A stretch of DNA of 64,000 nucleotides from an uncultured virus (IMG/VR IMGVR_UViG_3300006919_000003) (taxonomy: Duplodnaviria; Heunggongvirae; Uroviricota; Caudoviricetes; Schitoviridae), in IMG/VR virus record IMGVR_UViG_3300006919_000003. The stretch is one strand, 5' to 3'. Shown here one piece after another: positions 10,454 through 18,668 of the stretch; the stretch's first letter is position 1, and every line of letters starts with the position of its first letter. A model generated the notes under the pieces. That model searched no databases. It saw nothing but the letters and a program-made list of their open reading frames with translations, and had not been told where the DNA came from. Position numbers and translations under genes: made by a program.

Positions 10454-10900
10454 CTAAGATTTAATCGACGCTACTGGACGATTTGGTTGATGTTGATACT
10501 TTCCAGAATAATTGGAAGGTTCAGTGAGTTCATGGAATATTAATTGACCAATCCCCTGACCTGATTTCAGACGTAGGGGTTTCCATCCATGATAGAAAAG
10601 TTCAAGGGTCAAATACCCTTCCCAACCAGGCTCAAGTACGGTGTTACCGACCATAAGCCCTTGACGGATCAGGGAGGATTTATCGTGAAGAATTGCAACC
10701 AAGTTATTAGGAAGCTTAAATTTCTCAACAGATGAAGCAAGTTTAAATCTTGAGAAAGGATGCAAACAAATATCTTGTGCAATTCTGATGTCGTAACCTG
10801 CTTCAGATAATCCATGAGAGACACCATTGAATTTCTTCTTAGTGTCAAACATGGGAGTCATTGGAGCAGAGTCGATGAGTGTTTTACCATTGTAGATCAT
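10454..10900 (-). CDS. dcd: dCTP deaminase (trimeric dUTPase superfamily)
   Basis: AGYDIR, DKSSLIRQG, EPGWEGYLTLEL, YSGKYQ. Confidence 0.88.
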   Translation of the reverse strand: MIYNGKTLIDSAPMTPMFDTKKKFNGVSHGLSEAGYDIRIAQDICLHPFSRFKLASSVEKFKLPNNLVAILHDKSSLIRQGLMVGNTVLEPGWEGYLTLELFYHGWKPLRLKSGQGIGQLIFHELTEPSNYSGKYQHQPNRPVASIKS

Positions 10901-12045
10901 TCGTAGTCCTCTACATGAATTAGATTACCATAAGGTACATCTGCACCAGGATGATCTGTACAGATCCAGATTAATGGACATACAGGTTTTTCTTCTGGGA
11001 TACCCACATAAAGATCCGTAAACACCACCATAGCGTTGGGGTTATGTTCTTTTGCATGTTCCCATATAGGATAAAGACTTGTTCCACCTCGACCAGTTAC
11101 AACAATCTTCTCAAACTCTTCATCTGCGGTAAATGAATATTCATCACAGATTTGAGTATCAAAGGTCACAAGTGTAAGTAGTTGGGGATTGAACTCTTCC
11201 TTGATCTGTTTTACCTCTGAATTGAAGCGTTTAATATCTTCATCAGAGATCGAACCAGATATATCAAGGTAGTAGATAAGGTGTTCAAGTCCACTCATAC
11301 CAACAAGACCAGGTAGAATAGGATCTTCATACCTTCTATTGGGTCTTCGGAATGAATATTCCAGATCTACCAATTCATTGAAAAAATCTTTGAGAAGTTT
11401 TTCCCAAGGTAGTTTTGGGTTAACAAACTCATCAATAATCATTTCTACGGCCCCTGGTACGTCACCAGCTTTGTTGGTCATCTTAGCTGTCATTGCAGCA
11501 GACATAACCATACTGATTGATTCAGCTCTACGCTTCTCATAATCAGCAGCGTCTTCACCAGTAGATCCAGCTTTACCATCACCTGATATATCAATATCCA
11601 AGCCCAATCCACCGACAGGTGGTTGGGCGTCGGGTGGAAGATCATCATAGATATCTTCTGTAGACCATCCACGATATTTATCATCCATCACATATGGAAA
11701 ACCATCCATATAATAACCATGCTCTTTCAACATGAGGTTGATAACATGATCACCAGCGATGTTATATCGCTCTGGATCTTTATCACCACGTCGGAACATA
11801 TGCTGCAAAGCAACATGCCAAACTTCGTGTGCTAACACTGTTACACGAGTTTGTGGATCCAGTGATAGAAAGAAGTCTGGGTTCCAACGTAGAGAAACAC
11901 CATCTGTACATGCAGTATCAATGGTTTTATCCCAATAAAACTTCAAATTACAGAAGAGTGGTGCGATAAAACCAGAGTTTTTTGCATAGAACAAATGGCC
12001 TTTTGTTTTGTCGAAGAGTACATCAATGTTTTCTTCTTCAGCCAT
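10897..12045 (-). CDS. Metallopeptidase-vWA protein (DUF2201-like, N4 gp25-like)
   Basis: TACTDG, HEVWH zincin motif, MIDAS DISGS, GRGGT, FTD. Confidence 0.9.
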   Translation of the reverse strand: MAEEENIDVLFDKTKGHLFYAKNSGFIAPLFCNLKFYWDKTIDTACTDGVSLRWNPDFFLSLDPQTRVTVLAHEVWHVALQHMFRRGDKDPERYNIAGDHVINLMLKEHGYYMDGFPYVMDDKYRGWSTEDIYDDLPPDAQPPVGGLGLDIDISGDGKAGSTGEDAADYEKRRAESISMVMSAAMTAKMTNKAGDVPGAVEMIIDEFVNPKLPWEKLLKDFFNELVDLEYSFRRPNRRYEDPILPGLVGMSGLEHLIYYLDISGSISDEDIKRFNSEVKQIKEEFNPQLLTLVTFDTQICDEYSFTADEEFEKIVVTGRGGTSLYPIWEHAKEHNPNAMVVFTDLYVGIPEEKPVCPLIWICTDHPGADVPYGNLIHVEDYE

Positions 12046-12056
12046 AATTTTGTTCC

Positions 12057-13073
12057 TTATTTCAGATACTTAAGCATATCTGAGACAAACTTGTAGAATT
12101 CTGGTGATTCATCACGAAGTTTACGGTTGAGTGCAAATGCTCCACGAGCAAAGATGATTTTCATCTCGATATCGAAGCGTTCAATATAGATGATGATATC
12201 TTTGATGTTATTAGCATCCAGCTCTTGTGTGAGCATAGAAGCTACAGCATACTTAGCCCCAGGTTCTTCTGGGATAGGAGCGTTGATAGGATCAGATGTA
12301 ATCTGAGATACTGATGGGAGCTGCTTATAAACTTTACAGAATGTATTAAATTCTGCTGCTGCTCCTTGACCAATTGTACCAGCGATACATGGTAGTGTAT
12401 CTTCATTTACAGGTTGATCTTTGATCAAACGGTTCAGAAATTCCCATGTACGAGGACAGGGGAAAGTTTTATCTGAGTGATTTGGATCAAAGTTCATCAG
12501 CATATTTTTCTTGAAGTTCAAGAAAGCCAAAATACGGTGATCGAAATTTTGGGTCACAGCCCAGTTCATCCAATCACTGAGAACAGGTTTCAGTTCATAG
12601 TGAATAAGACGAGATTGGAGTGCTGTAGACATGTTGAACACAACAGCTTTGTCTGTATCCAGGTTACCAGCAGCTACCATAGCTACTTTTTCATGAAGCT
12701 GAAAACTACCAACCATACGATCCAAGATAAGCTTGTAAGCTGCGGCTTGTACTGGTTTACCTGCTGATGAGAGTTCATCTAACAAGATCAACCAACCATT
12801 GTACCCTTCAGGGATCTTATCACCCTTCAATGGGAACATATCGAACGGTGTAAATGTTGCTTTATCACCGTTACGCATTGGGAAACCTTGAAGATCTTCA
12901 GGAGTACATTGGCTCAAACGAAGATCAATTAGGATCAATTTATTTTCTTTTGCAACTTTCGCTACAACAGAAGATTTACCGACACCTGGGGAAGAGCGAA
13001 AATATGGAACTACATTCGCTTTAATGCAACGCAAAACCTCTTGTTCCATTCGAGTAGGGGATATTTCAAACAT
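12057..13073 (-). CDS. MoxR-like AAA+ ATPase (N4 gp24-like)
   Basis: PGVGKS, LLDEL, AAGN, SRL, PCPRTW; paired with the vWA gene. Confidence 0.92.
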   Translation of the reverse strand: MFEISPTRMEQEVLRCIKANVVPYFRSSPGVGKSSVVAKVAKENKLILIDLRLSQCTPEDLQGFPMRNGDKATFTPFDMFPLKGDKIPEGYNGWLILLDELSSAGKPVQAAAYKLILDRMVGSFQLHEKVAMVAAGNLDTDKAVVFNMSTALQSRLIHYELKPVLSDWMNWAVTQNFDHRILAFLNFKKNMLMNFDPNHSDKTFPCPRTWEFLNRLIKDQPVNEDTLPCIAGTIGQGAAAEFNTFCKVYKQLPSVSQITSDPINAPIPEEPGAKYAVASMLTQELDANNIKDIIIYIERFDIEMKIIFARGAFALNRKLRDESPEFYKFVSDMLKYLK

Positions 13074-13093
13074 GGTGTTTTTCCTTATGTTAT

Positions 13094-13123
13094 AAAAAGA
13101 AACCGCCCCCCGAAGGGAGCGGT
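13094..13123 (-). terminator. Intrinsic terminator with cUUCGg loop
   Basis: Minus strand: GC-rich stem (ACCGC.../...GCGGT) capped by C-TTCG-G, then TTCTTTTT. Confidence 0.8.
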
Positions 13124-13165
13124 AAAGAATTTTTTGTCCAGATTGTATCTAAACCGAGGGAGGGA

Positions 13166-13714
13166 TCAATCTCCCGCAAGCTCTTGAATACTGGTCAAAA
13201 TTTGTTTGACTGTACGATCAGAAGAACTTGCACCAACATGAGTAGTAGGAACTTTTATAAGGGTCTTTATGCCTTTAAAAGCTTTTGAGAAGACACAAGC
13301 TCCTCTCTTATTTCTAGTCAATCTGCGTTTAACAGCAGGCCATCCAGTTCTTGCCCAGAATTCATCAACTTTAGTGACGTTTGAACCAATTTCTGGGAAA
13401 CTAGCTGCTGTGGGATCGATAGCACCAATGTATTTGACATCAATATCCATCTTACGAAGATCTTCAGCAATGTTAGCACATGCAAGAACACCATTACTGT
13501 GTCCTATGATATAAACATCATGACGACCTGATTTCATGGAACGTTTTATAATCTCATCTGAGATATTTTTCCATTCGTTCCAAATGTGGTGAGATACTTC
13601 TAGGGTTGGGTGCTCATATTTGATTTGTGCAGCTATCTCTTTGGTTCCTTTTCTGAAACCTGGGACAATACTGGACATCAAACCTGAAAACACATATACA
13701 TGAGATTTAGCCAT
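13166..13714 (-). CDS. Alpha/beta-hydrolase fold protein (lipase/esterase-like, 182 aa)
   Basis: GHSNG nucleophile elbow, IDP, late TH; start MAKSHV with SD AAGGA. Confidence 0.75.
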   Translation of the reverse strand: MAKSHVYVFSGLMSSIVPGFRKGTKEIAAQIKYEHPTLEVSHHIWNEWKNISDEIIKRSMKSGRHDVYIIGHSNGVLACANIAEDLRKMDIDVKYIGAIDPTAASFPEIGSNVTKVDEFWARTGWPAVKRRLTRNKRGACVFSKAFKGIKTLIKVPTTHVGASSSDRTVKQILTSIQELAGD

Positions 13715-13798
13715 GAGAATTTTCCTTAGTTGGATTGACTTTTGACACTTATATATGTAGGTCAAAAGAACATAACCTATTATAGCAAAGGTAACAGC

Positions 13799-14122
13799 AT
13801 GTCTACAGATGTTTATTACACAGGTGACGACTTTACGTTCGATTACCAGTTCAAAAATGCAGATGAAACATTTGTTGATCTGTCTGATACTATTGTTCTT
13901 GTGGAACTCCGTATCAATGATAAGACTGTGAAAAAGTTCAAAGGTGTAAACATTGAGCTTACAACTATCGTTGATGCAGATAACAATCTTGTCCAGATTC
14001 ACTTGGATCGAGAAATCACTAAGATACTCCCTCCAAGCCATCATTACGTTCTCTTATTGAAACTGAAGGGATCAGATGACAAACAGATAACCTGGGATGA
14101 GTATGAATTTGAGGTTCGCTAA
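13799..14122 (+). CDS. Beta-rich virion-type protein (BppU N-terminal-like)
   Basis: YTGDDFTFDYQF..VDLS..V..L...T..L...YVL pattern; SD AAGGT. Confidence 0.55.
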   Translation: MSTDVYYTGDDFTFDYQFKNADETFVDLSDTIVLVELRINDKTVKKFKGVNIELTTIVDADNNLVQIHLDREITKILPPSHHYVLLLKLKGSDDKQITWDEYEFEVR

Positions 14123-14427
14123 TGAGAACGGTTATCAAACAAAATACAACCAGAGTTCTACAGGTAGCTAGTCCTGATGAACCTGCTAAAGTTGTAGAAC
14201 ACAACACAAAGAGCCATACGGTTCAAAGTTCAGCTAATCAAGGTGCTCCTGGTAAAGATGGAGAAGCCTTCTCTGGCTTTACTCAAGAGAATGTCTCTGA
14301 TATCGTTGAGGATAGCGAAGATAATGCAATCACTGTTAATGAAGATGGTGAAATGTTTGTAGAAGCTGTTAAAGTTCCAGATGATATCTTAAGCTTTATA
14401 GCAAATTTAGATGAAGGATTGAGCTAA
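14122..14427 (+). CDS. Hypothetical protein with short collagen-like GxxGxxG
   Basis: QGAPGKDGE; TAATG overlaps with both neighbours. Confidence 0.65.
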   Translation: MRTVIKQNTTRVLQVASPDEPAKVVEHNTKSHTVQSSANQGAPGKDGEAFSGFTQENVSDIVEDSEDNAITVNEDGEMFVEAVKVPDDILSFIANLDEGLS

Positions 14428-14909
14428 TGTCTGAACATTATACCAAAACCCAAATTGATGCTCAGGCTACTGTTCTGGGTAACCGTATGAAGGCACGTAC
14501 TACAGGTGCTGCTATTGTTACGGCTATCGAAGGGGAGTCAGATAAAAACTTGGTATCTGATGCTGAAAAAGCAGCCATTGCAACCATTGAACCAACAAAA
14601 TATAAAGGTGCTTTTACAAGCCTTGCTGCTATTATCAGTGCTCATCCAACAGCTAGTTCTGGTGATAGTGCTACTATTCTGAACACTGGAACAGATGACA
14701 CAGAAGCTATTTGGGATGAGGATGCAGGTACTTGGATTGATACAGGTGCTATTGCAACTTCCGAGACTGCTGCAACTGTTAAATCAAAATATGAAAGCAA
14801 TGCGGATACAAATGCGTTTACTGATGCTGAAAAGACAAAACTCACTAACTTCACAGAAGCAAGTGGTATAACTGACTTTACTGCTGCATTAGACGCTGCA
14901 TTGGCATAA
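14427..14909 (+). CDS. Fibre/decoration-like virion protein
   Basis: Internal repeat ESDKNLVSDAEK / NADTNAFTDAEK; YKGAF..L...HP...GD.A.....WD....W module. Confidence 0.65.
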   Translation: MSEHYTKTQIDAQATVLGNRMKARTTGAAIVTAIEGESDKNLVSDAEKAAIATIEPTKYKGAFTSLAAIISAHPTASSGDSATILNTGTDDTEAIWDEDAGTWIDTGAIATSETAATVKSKYESNADTNAFTDAEKTKLTNFTEASGITDFTAALDAALA

Positions 14910-14913
14910 GAAC

Positions 14914-15608
14914 ATGTCAGAACATTATACAAAAGCTCATATCGATGCTATGGCTCCTGAAATTGTTGACAGGATGAAGATAGTTGCGGGTGAACTTCCA
15001 CCTGAACGTCTACCAACTACTTTGAATGGTGGTGGCCAGGAAACTCTTATACATCTGTGTATTCAAGCAGTGATTTGAATTTGGTTCAAAGTCGTATGTA
15101 TTTTAATATCATTTGGGTAGGTCGTCAGTTAGAATTTGAGGGGGGTTTTATTGCTCTTAATATCGCAAGTACGACACCATCATCTGTGATGAGAGCTGGC
15201 CTCTACAACATTGGGTCGGAGGCAGGTAACCATTGGGATATTGGATCCCTGATTACTGATATGGGTACACAAGCTGCTGATGCAGCAGGTCATTTGGAAT
15301 TCACAGCTACTGAAACACTTGATCGTGGTTGGTATGCAATAGCTTTCGGTACAGACGGTGCAGGTGCTAGAGCATCATTCAATCAATGGATGACACCAAA
15401 TCAAGTAGCATTCATGAAATATAGCTCTGGAACTGCTTCTGATATTCGTTCAACAGGTATCGCTGCATATGTGTATGAGAATAACCAAGATACCGAAATT
15501 CAATCTGGTCTATCAACAACACCACCTGGAAATCCTGCATCTGATGTGGAGTCAATTGGTAACTACCAACATCAGGTATTTATTCCTAAATGGTCTGAAC
15601 CAGCTTAA
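14914..15608 (+). CDS. Apparently frameshifted virion-like gene (54-aa ORF 14914-15078 plus a -1-frame ORF open from 15006 to 15608)
   Basis: ORF starts MSEHYTKAHIDA, duplicating the upstream gene's N-terminus; the -1 frame reads ..NYFEWWWPGNSY.. into the 183-aa track ORF, which lacks an SD. Confidence 0.6.
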
Positions 15609-15702
15609 GTAGGGAATTTCACCCTGTGTGAGATGCACAACCATCTCTCTGCGGCTTGTGACCACTGGTAGAGATGTAACAAGACATCTCCGCACTTGGT
15701 TA

Positions 15703-15927
15703 CTATACGTTACCAAGCAATTTTTGAATATTTGCACCAACTGCAACAGCTTGATCAGCTTCTGTTTTGAAAGCATCACGAGATTCTTTTGCAGCTTTGA
15801 TTACTTCTTCTTGCTCTGCAACACCATCTTCAGCAGCAATACGTGCATTATCAAGGTCTTGAGCAATCTTAGTAAGCCCTGATAGTGCTTCTGCAACTGT
15901 AGGGACTTTTTTCTTCAATAGGGACAT
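15703..15927 (-). CDS. Small coiled-coil hypothetical protein
   Basis: 74-aa Ala/Glu-rich helical ORF, SD AAGGA. Confidence 0.75.
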   Translation of the reverse strand: MSLLKKKVPTVAEALSGLTKIAQDLDNARIAAEDGVAEQEEVIKAAKESRDAFKTEADQAVAVGANIQKLLGNV

Positions 15928-15991
15928 TCTGATTTTCCTTTTATTCAGAGAGTTGTTGGGGGAACTTGTTTAAGGTGTTCCCCCGATACCT

Positions 15992-16240
15992 TTAGTCTTC
16001 TGCTTCACCAGTGAGACCAACACCAGAAATTTCTGGTTCACGAGTATCTTGACGAGGTTCGTCTTTGATAATGTGATACAGAATACGCTCTGGGTTCAAC
16101 AATGAAAAACCTTCATCAGACCATAGACGAAGCCATGTACCTGATGGATCGAAAGCTGTTACATTGTGAAGATCAAGACGCTCACCGTTATCGAAAACGA
16201 TTGTACGACGAGGCTCTGATACAGCTACTTTTGTTCCCAT
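15992..16240 (-). CDS. Hypothetical protein
   Basis: 82-aa ORF with SD AAGGA. Confidence 0.75.
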   Translation of the reverse strand: MGTKVAVSEPRRTIVFDNGERLDLHNVTAFDPSGTWLRLWSDEGFSLLNPERILYHIIKDEPRQDTREPEISGVGLTGEAED

Positions 16241-16272
16241 GATAATGTTCCTTATTAGTATGGGTTTCGAGT

Positions 16273-16360
16273 TGGCGGTAGATAAAGGATTCGAACCTTT
16301 GAGACTGTAAAGCCTTACGAGTTAGCAACCCGCTGCATTCGACCACTCTGCCAATCTACC
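16273..16360 (-). tRNA. tRNA-Ser(GCT), encoded CCA
   Basis: Acceptor GGTAGAT/ATCTACC, discriminator G, CCA; D-arm GGCAGAGTGGTCGAATGC; loop TT-GCT-AA; long variable arm; T-loop GGTTCGAATCC. Confidence 0.95.
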
Positions 16361-16373
16361 GCTGTTTGTGGAA

Positions 16374-16868
16374 TTATTCCACTATACACCAGTCTTCTGC
16401 CAGCATATCTGTTTGTGAACACAACCACGGTACAACTTGACCGTCTGCTGTCTTCATATCAACATGAGCATGATAATCGACCTGAGTACCTTCACCCATA
16501 ATAGATAGGAGTGGTTCACGGTTTACAGTAAATGTAGAACCGTTAACAAGGAAGATAAACATACCTTTACCGTTCCAACCAGAACGAGCAACACGTTTAC
16601 CATCCTTAAGTGCAGCAAGAGCATGACCAAAGTTCATACTACCGCTTGCTTGATAAGCATTTTCGAATTGTTCTTTAGGTGACCAGCTAACATACCCAGC
16701 ACGACCAGGTACATTTGGTTCACCACCATCAAGATATTCGACAAGATAACCTTCATCAGCACCATTTTCGTCTGATGGGAGATCCCAACCACGAAAATCA
16801 TTGTATTGCTGACGGTTCATCACTTCAGCCGTAATTGCTTTGGTTCCATAGAAAAGTTTGTTTGACAT
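16374..16868 (-). CDS. Two-domain protein: N-terminal GYLVEY/YVSWSP domain fused to DUF2829 (Tad2-family nucleotide sponge)
   Basis: C-terminal MNFGHALAALKDGKRVARSGWNGKGMF...W..SQTDMLAEDW. Confidence 0.8.
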   Translation of the reverse strand: MSNKLFYGTKAITAEVMNRQQYNDFRGWDLPSDENGADEGYLVEYLDGGEPNVPGRAGYVSWSPKEQFENAYQASGSMNFGHALAALKDGKRVARSGWNGKGMFIFLVNGSTFTVNREPLLSIMGEGTQVDYHAHVDMKTADGQVVPWLCSQTDMLAEDWCIVE

Positions 16869-16911
16869 GATAATTTCCTTTCATCTGTCAGTTTGATGAA
16901 AGGTTTATACA

Positions 16912-17433
16912 CTAATCAGTGCTCTTTTCAACTGCCCACTTAGCAATCTCTGTGAAATTGATGGGAGTATGACCTATACTTTCACAAGAAACATCTCTGT
17001 GGAAGCTCTCTAAGCCATCCAGAACGCCATGAACATGTCCATGTAGGTTTTTATCACCATGACGTATCTGTTCCTGTCTCATGGGTACATGAGTAGCTGT
17101 GAAGCCATGTTCACGAAACTGTCTCCACATGTAGATACGTTGGAACATTCCAGTCTGAGCCAACTTGGTGATATCGTCATGATTACCAGCAACTAAACGA
17201 ATAGTTCCATTGAGTAATGGTTTAATTTCTTTGGCTGCCTTAACAGTCCAAGCGAAATCACCCAAATGCCATACAAGATCATTGGGTTTAACCACAGAAT
17301 TCCAGTTATTAACCAGAGTCATATTCATCTGATCCAGGGTTTCAAACTCTTGTCGAGAGTATTTGATGATGTTTCCATGTCCGAAGTGAGTATCAGAGAT
17401 GAACCATTGTTCTTCTAATGGACGTTTCATCAT
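16912..17433 (-). CDS. Calcineurin-like metallophosphoesterase
   Basis: SDTHFGH, HLGDF, GNHD, THVP, HGHVH. Confidence 0.92.
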   Translation of the reverse strand: MMKRPLEEQWFISDTHFGHGNIIKYSRQEFETLDQMNMTLVNNWNSVVKPNDLVWHLGDFAWTVKAAKEIKPLLNGTIRLVAGNHDDITKLAQTGMFQRIYMWRQFREHGFTATHVPMRQEQIRHGDKNLHGHVHGVLDGLESFHRDVSCESIGHTPINFTEIAKWAVEKSTD

Positions 17434-17442
17434 ATTTCTCCG

Positions 17443-17652
17443 TTAAATTAAAATGTCAGTGATTTTGGAATACTCACCACACCAATCTCCTTCTGATACA
17501 GAAGGAAATCGGGTAATGAATTTGTTCACTTGTTGTGGGAAAGGTTCTTTGGTCTGAGTTGGAGGAAATCTATGACATTCCCCCATACCAGAGTTGTTGG
17601 TGGTATCTTTTTGGTAATAACAACAGAATTCACAGGTTGAAGCCATGAGCAT
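17443..17652 (-). CDS. Small Cys-rich protein (HiPIP-like Cys spacing)
   Basis: CEFC...GECHRFPP...V.EGDWCGEY. Confidence 0.65.
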   Translation of the reverse strand: MLMASTCEFCCYYQKDTTNNSGMGECHRFPPTQTKEPFPQQVNKFITRFPSVSEGDWCGEYSKITDILI

Positions 17653-17657
17653 AGTCC

Positions 17658-17993
17658 TTAATATATTTGGGTACTATACACCTTTATCGTGGTTTGCTGT
17701 CCTTCTGCAATTGTTATTTCGTCATGTAAGACCATCCATCCTGTTGGACAGGTTATTTTGAATGTATCAGGTATATCACCTGCACGTTCAACTACATCAA
17801 TACGATATGTACCGCTCTCATGATGTAGGAAATAAACATCTCCAAGAGTTTTACCAATAGTGAGCTTATTGACTAAAACAAGCTCATAATATGGATAACT
17901 ATCTTGAATAGTTACTGATGACTTTAGAACTGATGATGGAGGCCATGTTACTGTGACTGATGCAGCTAAAAATACTGAAGCAAGTAAGTTCAT
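17658..17993 (-). CDS. Hypothetical protein with hydrophobic N-terminus
   Basis: 111-aa ORF overlapping the HNH stop (ATGA). Confidence 0.65.
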   Translation of the reverse strand: MNLLASVFLAASVTVTWPPSSVLKSSVTIQDSYPYYELVLVNKLTIGKTLGDVYFLHHESGTYRIDVVERAGDIPDTFKITCPTGWMVLHDEITIAEGQQTTIKVYSTQIY

Positions 17994-18322
17994 GACTTTT
18001 TTCTCCGTCTTCTTTGGTTCTGTTTATGTGTAACCATCTCCAAATGAGCTGGATTACAACAGAGTCTATTTTTACACAGGTGATCAATTTGCTTCTTACC
18101 TGGAACATATCCGTAGAAGTGAGTGTATGATACGATGTGAGTAGCAACTGTTTGACCAGATAACGACATCCTACCGTATCCACCACCTCTACCGTTACCA
18201 GATGTACCACCTTTCCAGTTCCAGCAACCTGTCTCACGATCAATTTGCACGTTAGACATTAGCTTGCCTATGATGTCTGATCTACGATCAACTGGTAGTT
18301 CAATTGGTGGATGGGGTTTCAT
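17990..18322 (-). CDS. HNH endonuclease (N4 gp22-like)
   Basis: GCWNWKG..GYG..ATHIVSY..IDHLCKNRLCCNPAHL..N. Confidence 0.9.
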   Translation of the reverse strand: MKPHPPIELPVDRRSDIIGKLMSNVQIDRETGCWNWKGGTSGNGRGGGYGRMSLSGQTVATHIVSYTHFYGYVPGKKQIDHLCKNRLCCNPAHLEMVTHKQNQRRRRKKS

Positions 18323-18668
18323 GATGATCTCCTTTAAGGGGAATTGGTTGGGTACTCAGATTAGTGAAATCCTTTACCCAACCTCTCCATTTGCCCCTGT
18401 TCCCACTATCTCTTGGAATGCAATTCTACAGACCACTACGAATGCAGGAATATTATTCCTCAATGGGAGTCCTTCACAGGGACATATTAGAATATTATTC
18501 CACTAATTAACGAACCAGTAGAAAAATATTCCAATAAAAAACCCCACTCTTCTTTAAAAGAGCAGGGCTATATCTGAATTATGAATGAAAAACGGGAGGG
18601 AAATAGCCTTTATTAACTGTGCAACCAGCCCAGCTTACAGGCACATAGCGTTCTCCTTTATCCTAGAG

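Noticed and set aside
13715..14044. Long N-terminal extension of the hydrolase ORF given in the track
   Set aside because: Antisense to the plus-strand gene at 13799; the SD-supported start is 13714.
15703..15927. C-terminal QKLLGNV as another LLG-family member
   Set aside because: All-helical coiled coil lacking the acidic part of the motif and far from the array; likely coincidence.
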